A stretch of DNA of 64,000 nucleotides from an uncultured Victivallales bacterium (GTDB taxonomy: Bacteria > Verrucomicrobiota > Lentisphaeria > Oligosphaerales > JABHEG01), in the NCBI GenBank assembly GCA_964607765.1, contig CAZSNT010000021.1, forward strand, positions 10,837 to 74,836, written 5' to 3'. The translations under genes were made by a program, and so were the position numbers. Every line of letters begins with the position of its first letter. Position 1 is the first letter of the stretch. The notes under the pieces are model-generated. The model was not told where the DNA came from. It did no database searches and was given only the letters and a program-made list of their open reading frames with translations. Shown here piece after piece: positions 36,001-48,000 of this stretch.

Positions 36001-39000
36001 AGACGACAGCAGTATGTCCGTGCCCGAGGCGTCGCTCTTCCAGAGCACGGTTTCGCCCTCGTACTCGGCCGCGAAGTACACGGCCGAGCCGACGACGGTC
36101 ATGTGCGCCGGCGAGTAGACGGGTGTCGCCTTGACGACAGGCTGCGTGTTCGCCTCGGCACCGTCCGTGCTGGACCAGAGCATCGGGGTGCCGCCGAGGT
36201 CGCCGCGGAAGAACAACTTGTTGCTGACTGCCACGAGTTCGCCGACGGCCGTGGGTATGACGCTGTTGTCATCCAGGTCCTGTCCCGTCACTGCGACGGT
36301 GCCGCCCGCGGTCCCGTCACTGACCCACAGCCGTGCCGCATTGCCGGTGCCGAGCGTGAAGAACAGGCGTGAGCCAACGGCGACCGTGCTCTCCGGCACG
36401 GACGCAATCTGTTTGACAGCGGCTGTTGTGACGGCCGTGCCGTCGCTCTTCCACAGCTCAACGGTGCCTGTCGTGCCGTTCTCGACCGCGAAGAACAGGG
36501 CGCTGCCGACGGCTGTGAGCTTCTGCGGCGCGCCGGCCGTCACGCCCGTGACCATGACGGTGCCGGGCGCCGTCCCGCTGCTCTTCCAGAGCTGCCAGCC
36601 GTCCGTCGGGTGGTTGACGGTGAAGAACAGCGTGCTGCCCGCAACAGGAACGACGTCCACAATGTGTTCCGGCATGGTGACGGCGTCGCCGGCGAGCGCT
36701 TCGAGATGGAGCACGACCTGGGCCAACACGCTCGGATCATCGAGGTACGGGATGAAGCGGCTGAGATCCACTTCGATGATTCCCGTGCTGCCGGGACCAA
36801 CTGTGAGGTCGTCGCCGGTGAGGGTCACGGTTCCGTCATCGGCCACCGTGCCGTCGCGCACGGGCAAGTTGACCGTCATCTGCACGCCTGCAGCCGGGGC
36901 CAGTTGCAGGGAGTTTCCGGGCACACCATCACCGAGCGTGGTGAATCGGTACCACCGCTCCGACTGGCCGGCGGTCAGGTAGTAGTTGGTCGTGTCCAGC
37001 ACGCCGTTGCCGTCATGGTCGTAGTCAGCGAAGACGTCGGCCTGCCCCGTTCCCCTGTCCACCAAGTAGTAGCCGCTGCCAGTGATGGTGCGGTTCGAGA
37101 TCAGGCGGTAGCCGCTGGCGGGCATGGCTTCGCGCATCAGCGCGCCGTAGATCACATAGGTTCTGCCGGCGTCTTCCTTGACCGCGCTCAGGAACCCGTC
37201 AACGCCCGGCGCACCCACCAGCAAGTCATCCATCCCGTCAGCGTCCAGATCGACATTCGGGGAGCCTGCGAGCTGGCCCAGGTTATCGAATTCGGACTCC
37301 GCTCCGAGCGTTACGTCCGCATCGGCGAGCAGCAGCGCGCTCGTGTTGCCTTGGGCAACGGAGTAGAACACGTACACTCCGCCGCTCTGCAGGTTGTCCA
37401 GTATGGTGTTCGGGCTCACCTGGTAGGCGGGCGGCTGCAGCGTCGCGGTGGTCTGCACGGCGCTCTTCTGCCCGATGGCCAGATCCTGCTCGCCGTCCCC
37501 GTTGAAGTCGCCGCCCGTGGCGGTCAGGTTACTGACGAGGGAGGTGCTGCCCAACTGCCCCGCGGACGCCTGCATGATGATCAGGTCCGCCGTGTCGGAC
37601 GCGTCCGCCGCAACGGCGGGAGCGTTGGCGGCGGCATAGTCTGCCGAGCCGAAGAACACGAGCATGCCGCCGGTCGCTGTGCCAGCATCTTCCCGCAGAC
37701 GGCTGACCGCAAAGTCGTCGTACCCGTCATCATTGAGGTCGCCGAGGGCAAACGCGCCCGCGCCCAAGTCCGTATCCGTGACGTTGAGCACGGCGTGCTG
37801 CTGGAGCACGATGGCATCTTCGGTGGTGAGTGACACGTCGAACAGGTCACGGAAGCCGTTGGTGTCCGCCATGGCCGCCCGTGCCCCTTCGGCGGTCGTT
37901 ACACCGTTCTTGACGCGCACGGTCAGCGTCTTCGCGCCAACGCTGTAGACGGTCGACACGGGGCTGCCATCGGCGAGGCCGTTGTCGTTGATGAACTCGA
38001 CGGTGTAGGCGTCAAACGCGTTGGTGGTCGCCTTGGCTTCGACACGCAGCGCGTTGTTCGCGCCGCCGAAATCGAACACGACACTGGCCGGCACGTTAAC
38101 CGAGCCGCCGGAGGTCTGCGCTTTCGCAAGGACGTGTTCGTCAGCGAGACCGCTGATGTTGCTGACCAGGCCCGTCCCCGTGTTCGGTGTCACCTGCCGG
38201 CCGGGCACCAGGTAGGCACGGCCATCGGTATTGGCCACGCCCTCGAAGTGACGATTCACCAAGGCGATATCGTCCAGGCTGTCACCGTTCACGTCGCCGG
38301 CGATCACGGCCTGCAGGTCACTGTCGAAGTCCGGAGCGAAACCGAACAGCAGCGACCACTCGGCCAATGCGCCCACATGCGTGCCGGCCGAGTCGGTGAT
38401 CTTCAGTCGCCAGGTGCCGTTCGGGTTGTCGTACATGAACCCGACCGGAGCCCCGCCGCCATCGAAGCCTGCAAGCGTCTCGGCCGGCCGGAACGGGCCG
38501 GAGAACGGTGCTGCGCCCATGGTGATTGAGATGTCCGCCTGGTCGTCCAGGATCAACGGCATGGCCTGAGTGCCGAAGTTGGCATTCTCACCCCCAACGC
38601 CGCTGAACAACAACACTTCGTCGCCGTCCGGATTGATCAGCCACGCCTGCAGGTCGGACACATCGGGGTGCGTGATCTGCAGCCGCACATCCACATCCGT
38701 GATGGCCTCGGGCAGACCACTGACGGCCAGGTCTGCGTAGGTCGGGCTGGTACCGATGTCCAGCGACCAGTCGTTGATGGTGCCCTGGAAATTGCCCTGG
38801 CCATCGCTTACCTCCAGGTACCAGCCGCCGTTCAAGGCATTCCCGGCCAGGCCGTTGAAAGCGCTTAGCGCCCCAGCCGTTTCCGGTACGAATACGCCGT
38901 TGTAAGGAGCTGCACCGGCCTGTATGTGCGTTCCGCTGGGCGCGTCGTCGTCCAGCGTCAGGCTCGTGATATTGTCGCCCGTGCCGCCGACGTTGCTGAA

Positions 39001-42000
39001 CAACTCGACGCGCCTCGAGCCGTCAGGGTTGACCAGCCAGACCGTCAGATCCTCGACATTCGGGTGCGTGATATCGAGCGTGACGTCCACGTCCGTGATG
39101 ACCACATCATCCAGGCCGTTGACCGTGACCGACTCGCTCTGAACGGGTTCATTGGTACGGATCAGCAACTGCCAGTCATCGACCCGACCGACGGCCTGGG
39201 GCTGCAAGTCGGTCTGCAGGTCGGTCACGCGCAGCGTCCATGTGCCGGTGGGGTCTGCCCCGTCAAACGCGTTCAGCTGGTTGCCGCCGGGGTTGAAGAC
39301 GCCAGTGTACGGCGGTGTGCCTGCCTGAATGCTGATGCCGGCACCCGCATCCAGCCACGTGTTGCTGTAATCCTGCCCTGCACCCCCGATCCCGTCAACC
39401 AGCGTGACGTAACCGACGGTCGGGCTTCTCAACTCAACCTTCACATCGGAGAGGCGGTAGTGGTCTATGTCGAGGAACAGGTCGACATCGGTGACGGTGC
39501 CTTCGAGCGATGCGGGCACATTGACGGTGTAGGTGGTTGAACTGGCCGCCTGAGTCTTGACCGTCTGCACATCGAGCTTCCAGCCGTGCAGCCAGCCTTT
39601 GTCGCCGCCGAGCCGGTCTCGGATCTCCAGCGTCCATGTGCCGGCCGGATCCTCCCCACGGAGCCTGGACAAGGCCTGCTCGGGCTTATAGGAGGCGGTG
39701 AACGGAGCAGTGCCGGATTGGATGTAAGTGCCGGCCGAATCGTCGAATACAGTGTCACTGGAATTGAGCACGCCATCGATCGTGCCGAAGTTGTCTCGAT
39801 AACTGCCCACGCGGTCGGCGAGGCGGATCCGGGTGCCCTGCGGGCTGATCAGGTAGATGTCGAGGTCGTAGTCGTAGGTGTGCGACAGCTGCAGCGTCAC
39901 GTTGACGTCGTTGATGATGCCGTAGTCGTCGTCCGGAACGGCGCCGCCGCCCGGGAGCGTGAAGTCGGCGCCGTCGAGGTCAATCTGAGAACTGATGGTC
40001 TTGTAGTCGGTGATGAACATGCCCGGAGTCTGGTCACTGGGAGTGACCGTGCCGACGTTCGTGCTCGTCCACGGGAACAGCGACTCGGTGGGTACGACCT
40101 GGTAGCCGTAGATGCCGGGCCCGGTCCAGCGCAGATCGACGTTCGAATGAGAGCTGTTCTCGAAGTACTCCATCTGGATCATGTACTTCTCGCCTTCGGT
40201 GAGGGTCACCGGACGCGAGTTGTGCGCTGTGAAGCCCTGGTCGTGCCATGCGTCCACGAGTATGTCCTCGTCGAAGACGCCGTTGTCGTCAACGTCGATC
40301 CAGAGCCTGGCCCCGTCGTCACTGACCGTCTGGAACGTGTAGTTGCCGGTGTGGCGCACCTGCACGTAACCCTTCCAGCGCACGGAGAACTGGTCTGCGT
40401 CCACGGCGCCGCTCCAGGGAGTGCCGGTGGCCCAGCGCCCATAGACTTGAGAGTCGATGCGCGTGCCGGCTAACGTGCTGTTGCCCAGTGTGCCTGTTGC
40501 GCCTAGTCTCCGGATCTCGGCTGGGAACCAGAACCACCCGTCCGTGTAGAAGTCGTTGTAATACCAAGCCCGGAGTCCCGTTCCGACCGGATACCACTGT
40601 GAGAGACTCTCCTCAGGATACTCCGGTACGGCATCCGTGATGTTGCCTGTCGTACCGGCATCGAGCAGTCCGACATGCGACTGGACGGCGCCGCCGGTGT
40701 AGTGCAGCGGCACAGCCGCATCGGCTGCGGATGCGAACTCGCTCAGCCGCGGGATGCGCATGGGCAGGCCTGCGGCACTGAACGTGGTGGTGAACAGGTC
40801 GAGGTCCACGAGCGCATCGCCGACGGTCAACGTCGTTCCGGCCTGAATGTCCGCGCCGGCGAACATGTAACCGTAGCTGTTGGTGGCCTGTCCGGGCATG
40901 GAGGAGAAGGCCAGCAGGTCGTATTCGGGCTCGCCCATATTCGTGACGTTCCCGCTCCAGTTCAGGATGAACACGGAGGCGTTGGTCGGGGTGAAGTCTG
41001 CATCATCGAGCTCTATGGTTGCAGTGCGGTACGGCTCGAGCGAGGCGCCCGTCCAAGTGCGCGGCAGGACCTGGCCGCCGAACACGACTGTGATGACCGA
41101 CTTGCTGCTGCCGTCGCTGTGGCGGATGAAGGCCAGATCTGTCTTGCCGTCACCGTCCAAGTCGCCCATTCGCGACGCGGGCCGGCCAATGGTGGTCACG
41201 TCAACAATGAAGTCCGCCGCTGCGCTGACGTCCTCGAGACCGGTAATCCGCACCGGGCCGAGGAACACATAGCTCGTATCCTCACCGTAGACCACTGCAT
41301 CGTCTGCGCCGTCGCCATCGAAATCGCCGATGCCCTGAGCGTACTGCAGGCGGTCGTCCTCGCTGCTGCCCTCGAGAGCGAAGGCGTCATAAGCGTCGTG
41401 ACTGCCGACGGTCGTGTCGCCCAGGTCGATCCCTGCGTGGCCACCGGAGGTCACGCCGGTGATGTTCGGCGTGGCCAAGTCGTATTCGTAGTAACGGCTC
41501 TGCGCCGCCGTCGTTTCCTCGGCCTCGTACTCGACCGGCTCGGAACCGTAGTACAGGTGAATCTCGCGGCCGAGCGGTTCGGCCAGGGCGATGTCGGCCA
41601 CCCCGTCGTTGTTCACATCCTGCGGCCCCACGAAGAACAGCGCGGACAGCGTGTCCTGGGCCTCGGGCGCTACGTACCGCGGTCGATCCGTCTCGAACAC
41701 CAAATCCGGAGTTCCGAAGCTCTGGACAGTCCACGCAGCCCGACCGAAGAAGACCTGGCCGACCTGGTGCGCGAGCAGCCTGCCGTCCTCCACCAGCCTG
41801 GGCGATGTCTCCCACCCCATGGCTGCGATGTCCGCAACGCCATCCCCGTCAGTGTCACCAAGCTGCCGCAGCATGTGCGCCTGCGGCAGGGCCAGGAATG
41901 CGACGGCTGTATCGTCCAGCATCAAAACGGACCCGCTGGTGGCGGAGCTGGCGGCGAACTCGTCCTCGCCGTCACCATCGATGTCTCCGAGGCCGGCGAT

Positions 42001-45000
42001 GTAGTGCCCGGTCAAGTCCCTGCCGGTCGCGATCGTGAGGCCGGCGCCACCGGCTGCGCCGCTGTACCGCGAACTGCCGCCGTAGTAGACGAACACGTTT
42101 TGGCCCGCGCCGTTCGCGAAGGCAACGTCATCGTAGGTGTCGCTCACGGTGCGATTGACATTGCCCACGCCGGCAGCGGCCGACAGCCCGGCAACAGTGA
42201 AGACGGCGTCCCGCTGTGCCAGACTCAGTCTGGCCGTTACTTCGACGTCATCGACATACCAGCCCTCGAGATTGTTGATCTGGTTGTCCACGCTGTCGAA
42301 TTCGAATCGGATCTTGATCGTCTGGCCCGCGAACGCGCTCAGGTCGACGGTGGCAGCGTGCCAGCCGCTGCCTTCCTCAGACAGCGTCAGCACGCCGGCG
42401 GCCGGGTCGTTGGAGGCCAGGAGCGTGCTGGTGGTGAAGTTGTCGGTGGACACAAACACTTCGGCCTGGTCGAACTGGGCCGGGAGTTTCTCGGTGCGCA
42501 GGAAGTAATTGAACTTCAGCGATGCCGACACGATGCCTGTCAGATCCACGCTGTCCGACGTTGCCGTGCCTGTCACGCGGGCGCCCGTGTCGTACGTGCC
42601 GGCTTTGAGGCCGGTGGACTGGCCGAAGTAGAGGCTCCAGGATGCGCTGTGTCCGACATCGGCGGCACGCCTGTTCGTGCGGTGCCACAGGTCGCCGGCA
42701 ACAGTGAAGTCGTCCAAGTCCGTCTCGAACTGCGCAACCAGCGGCGAGTCGGGCGCCCAATTGTCGCGGCCGTAGTAGAGGTAGGCGCTATTGCCCTGGG
42801 TGACAATCAGATCGTCCTTACTGTCATCGTCGAGGTCACCGGCCCAGACAGCCTTCAGCGTACCTGCCGTGCCGCTGACGATTGCGAAGTCCGCATCGCC
42901 GAACAGATCCACCGCTTCCGCCCAGTGCTTGTCGCCGAGCAGCACGTAGACTGCCTGCTCGACATCCTGCGGCGCGGCGCCGTCTGCCCGGGTTACAGCC
43001 ACCGCGATGTCGGCGTAGCCGTCGCCGTTGTAGTCGCCGGGCTCTGCGAAGAACGACTGCACGCTCGAGCCGGTGGCAGGCTGCAGCACGGGGGCAGGCA
43101 GAGCCACTGTCACGCTGTCAACGCCACCCTCGGTGACATCCGCGAAGTCGCCGATGCCGACGGCGCCGGCCCCGTCATTATTGAGCTCGACAGCCGTGTG
43201 CAGCGATGCGACGAACGGAATGTCAGCGTCGCCGTTAATGGCGTCGACAACGGTCTGGGCCGTGGTCTGCCCGTCGTCAATGGTGACGGTCAACGTTCTG
43301 CTGCCGTCATCATACGCGACTGCGGCGGCGCCCGCGGCAGCGCCATCGACAAGTGAGACGGTCACGCTGTTGTAGAGCGCTCCGGCATACTTGGCTTCGA
43401 GGCGCAGATCGTTTTTCTCGCCGTTCAGCAGCAGCGTGGCCGCTGCCTTCACGGACTGCCCGTCGAGCGTGACAGTAGCCGTTTCAGCCCCCGTACCGAA
43501 GTGGATGCGGGCGTAACTGGTGCCACCGCCGACGCTGTCCTTGACCGCCGCGATGAAGTCGGCGTAGCCATCGCCGTTCACGTCGCCAACGGGGATCGCC
43601 ACCGGTTTCCAGTCCCAGTCCTCGGTGGTCAGCTGGACCTGGCCGTCAGCAGCGGCCACGTCGCCGGTCTCGCCGACGCCGGAGACGGCATCGTTGCTGA
43701 ATTCGAGTTTGTACTGCCCCATTGCCGGCGCAACGCCCAGATTGTCCTGGGTCAGCGAGAAGCCAAGCTGAGCGGCGTCCTGACTCGAGGAGAAGGCGAT
43801 CTCGAGTTCGCCGTAGTAGGACGAGATGAACCGAAGTCTGAAACCTGTTGCCACAGCGACGGCATCCACGCTGACAACACCATTCAGAGAAGTCCCGGCA
43901 ATCGCCGTGTTGATGTCGGTCGCCAGGTCGGCCACGCCATTCTGCGGCGGACCGTTGTCCAGCGTGCTGGCGCGCGGCAACGTGACGTCAACCGGATCGC
44001 GCCCGTCAAACGTGACAGTGAAGGTAATGTCGCCGACGTCAGCGGGGACCTGACCGTTCGGGGCGGCCGGCTCGGCGTCTGCCGTGACTGTTTTGGAGAG
44101 GACATTGACGACGTGCAGCAGGTAGTAGTCCGGCACGCCGCTGAACTGCTCGACCGGCGTGATATCCAGGCCAGCGCCGTCGTCATTGTCGCGCGCGGCG
44201 AACAGGAACACGCTGGCCGCTTCGTGGCCTGCGAACAGCTGGCGCATCTCGCTGCTGTCGAACACGACGTCGATCATGGCCAGCGTCAGACGCGCCGCAT
44301 CCGCGTTGCCGAACTGCTCTGCGGCGTACGGCGTCGGGATGATGTACCAGTCACTGCGGTCGCCTTCATGGAAAGTCAGGCCGTCTATCTCGGTCTGCTC
44401 ACCGGCTCGCGGTGTGACGGCCGGCAGCATGGCGGCGTAGGCGACGTCGTCGTTGAAGCCGCTGGCGCTGTTGCGTTCGACCAGTTCGTAATCGTCCGGC
44501 ACATCGGCCGTGTCGCCGGCGAGCAGGTCTATTCCCGCGCCGCCGTCGATATAATCATTGCCGCGCCCGCCCGCGATGAAGTCGGAGTCTGCGCCACCGC
44601 TGATCACGTCGTCGTAGGCGCCGCCAAACAGCTTGTCATTGCCCGTGCCGCCGTCGATCTCGAGCGAGCTCAGGAGGGCGTGCTGCTCCTGGTCGCCCTC
44701 GTCAATGCCCCACTCGCTGTCAACGTTCGGGAACGTGTAGCCCGAGTCGCCGTGAACAATGTCGTCGCCGCCGCGCGTCTGGATGACGGTCTTCTCCACG
44801 CTGTGTGCCTGGTAGAACACATACGTCTGGGAGTAGATGCTCTTCTGGCTCGGCGAGGTCTGGCCCGCGGTGAGGCCCAACTCGGCAGAACTGACACTGT
44901 CGACCTCGATGCTCAGGTTCCGGGCGAGGTACGTGGTGTTGAAGACAAGCCGCCCGTCCTCCTGGCCAACGACGAGGCGATCGGTGAGGTCGGTCGGCTG

Positions 45001-48000
45001 CCCGCCCTGTGTCGCCGTGCGCATGGCTGCTTCGATGTCCGCGACAAGGTCGTGGATGTTCGTGTTGTTGGCGTCCGTCGGAATGGTGACGGTGACCGCA
45101 CCGGCGGCCTCACCCAGGTCGAGTACGAGCGTCGTGTTGCTGGTGAGAACACCGTTCAGAGGCGGCGCGCTCGTGGCCGCCAGCACGGAGCCTGCGACCG
45201 TCTCGGTCTTGAACGACTGGTTGGCCGTGTCCCAAACGAGAGCGGTGAACTCGTACCGGTGCAGGAAGCGGTTGTAACGGATCGCCACGTGGTCCGGCAC
45301 GGGTTGGCCAAGGTGGTCGGTGTCGCCGCCGAGGAACAGGACGCGGTCGTCGCCGTCGTCGCCGAAGAAGGTGTCCACGAACGTGGGCACGTACGTCTGA
45401 TCGGAGTTCTTGATCTTCGGCAGTTCGTCCGGCAGCAACTGGAACGAGTCGTCACCCGGACCGCCGAACAGCAAGTCGGGCGCCTGCTCGTCGTAGCCGC
45501 CGGTGATCACGTCGTTGCCGGCGCCGCCGAAGATCCAGTCCTCGCCCGCGCCGCCGGACAGCACATCGTGGCCTGTCCCGCCGAGAATCACGTCCTTGCG
45601 CACTTGGTCGGTGCGGGTGGCCAAGTCGTGCGTCACGGGCGCCTGGTCGTCGTAGAGCTCGAAGCTCAGGCTGTAGATGGTGGGTACGCGGTTCGGGTTC
45701 GACACCCGCAGCAGATACGGCGTGTTGGCGGCCAAGCCGCTCAGGCCCATGGACCCGGTGGACTGCCCGGACAGGTCTTTGATGGAGTAGCCCGGATCGC
45801 CCACGACCGGGAACAGCTCGTACGTCGCCGGATTCCCGTCCGTGCTCTCGACCTTCACGTAGACCTGTCCCTTGGCCACGCCGTCGAGGGTCAGCTTGAT
45901 GTAGTCCTTCTGCGAGGTGTCACCGGTCAACGGGTTGGTGTCGGGGTCATTGAGGATCTGGCCGTCAGCATCGTAGAGGGTCATGGCCAGGTTGCCGCTC
46001 AGCTTCAGCAGGTTGAGCTTGGTCGCCGAGGTGCCCGCCGCCGCCAGATCGAACACGAACCAGTCCACGTCGTCTGCCGAGTGGAGCGTGAGCCCGACAA
46101 TCCGGCTCAGGTCCTCGATGTCATCGATCTCGAAGGCGTCCGCCTGGCTGTCGTTCGGGGTGGCGGACGCGTCGATCGAGTCGGAGCTCACCGTCACCGG
46201 GTCCATGTCATTGTCGGTCGGGCTCGTCCCGTCCGCTTTGAAGATAGCAAGCAGCAGACCGTCGATCTCAGAAGTGCTGACCAGAGACAGACTGGCGCCG
46301 GCACTCGGAGCAGTTGCGAACTGGAAGCTGTACCAGTCCGTGTCGTCCGGGCTGTCCATGGTCAGACCGGTGAAGCTGGTGTTCTGAGTGAGGTACAGGC
46401 TCGCGATGGCCGTCTGTCCGTCAGCGAAGTGCAGTTCCGTGACGGCCGGGTCATCGCTCTCGGCATGCACGAGCAGGGACGCGCGAACGTCTCCGCTGAT
46501 CGTGTAGAGCCGCAGCCTGTTGCCGTAGCGTCCGGCGCGCACCGAATCGCCGATGCCGGCAGCGCTCAACGCCAGATCCAGGTCCGCGACCAAGTCGTCG
46601 ATGTCCGTGTTGTCGCTCGTAGCGTCGGCCGACACGGTGACCGACACTTCGGGCTTGGCGTCGATGCTGATCAGGAACGTGGCGTCCGCGGTCAGCACGC
46701 CGTTGCTCGGCGCGTACCCGTAGATGGTGTCGTCGGACTGACCGTCGGTGAAGCCCAGGTTCTCCACTGTCTCCGTGCTGCCGTTGGCGGCCGCGACCGT
46801 CAGCGACTGCACCGCAGCCGCGTCTTTCGCAACCAGCTTGACGCTGCCGCCGCTCTCCGTGACAGCAACAAGCGCGTCCAGCCCGGCCGTCGTGATGGCG
46901 TCGCTGACGTCCGTGATCAGGTCGGACAGACTGCCGTTGCCCGTTGTCCCGGTCACGGTGACCACGGTCGACTGCTCGTTGACGGTGACCGTGAAAGCCG
47001 GATCGCTGCCGTCGCCGTGGTTGGGCAGCTCGAATACACTGAGCACATCGCCAACCAGCTCTGCAGGAACATCGCCCGTGACGAGCACGGCATTGCCCAC
47101 CGAATCGCCCGCCGAGTAGCCCAGGCGCGTGACAGTCAGCGCATCCGTCGCTGTCCCGCGAATCTCAATGGCCGTCACGTTCGCCGAGCTGGCCGGACCG
47201 ATGACCAGGCGGTAGGTCGCCTCGATCGGGTCGTACGTGCTGCTGGCCACCAGACTGTCGGCCAGCCCGGCTGCGGAGATAGCCGCGGTCAGGTCAAGCG
47301 CCAGGTCGATGGCGGTCTGGTTGTCGGCCGTTCCCGGAATGGCGACTTCCACGCCTTCCGTGTCGTTGTTGATGTAGAAGGTGACGGCCGGTGTGACGCC
47401 GTCAACGTCTTCGAGGACGTAGTCTGTGGCGATGTCTCCCTGGCTGACCAGCCACGGCTGACCGAACGCGTAGGCGACATCCGCAATGTCGTTGCGTGTG
47501 TCACCCTCGGTCATGTCGGGGAGGATCGCGTTGCCGGACATGATTTCGACCTGGTCGTCACCGGGACCGGCATCGACCCAGACAGTCTTCTGCACGGTCG
47601 GACCGACCGTGATGATGTCGTTGCCCCGCAGACCGTCGACGATGATTGCCAGGAAGTCGGCCTCGGGCGGAAGCAAGCCGCCCACAAGCTGGTTCTCGGT
47701 GTATTCGACACGCGCCTTGGACGCGTCGCTGTCCTGCTGGCGCCGCAGGCTGTCAAGCTGGATCTGACTGTCGCTGGCGTTCCAGATCGGGTTGCCGGAC
47801 TCATCGGTGGCGTCGAAGCTAAGCTTCACCTGGGCGGCGAACGTGTAGTTGCCGTTGTTGTTGCTCATCCGCGTGATGAGGTGCTGCCCGGCCAAGAGCC
47901 CCGGCTCCGTCACGAAGTCGACCGAAATCACATCGTCGACGTTGGTTGCGGCGTAGTACCAGACCTTGTCCGTTTCCCTTGCATACTGCTTCCACTCGTC

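Noticed and set aside
40480-40720. Local AT-richer patch (also 58860-62300) examined as a possible intergenic region or gene boundary with stop, RBS and start
   Set aside because: The frame stays open and in register across both patches. The 40.5-kb patch lies inside the PA14 domain (..GLRAWYYNDFYTDGWFWFPAEIRRLG..), and the 59-62-kb patch encodes the Lys/Phe/Ile-rich unknown modules. The plus-strand 'tag' at 40504 is a sense CTA (Leu) codon.
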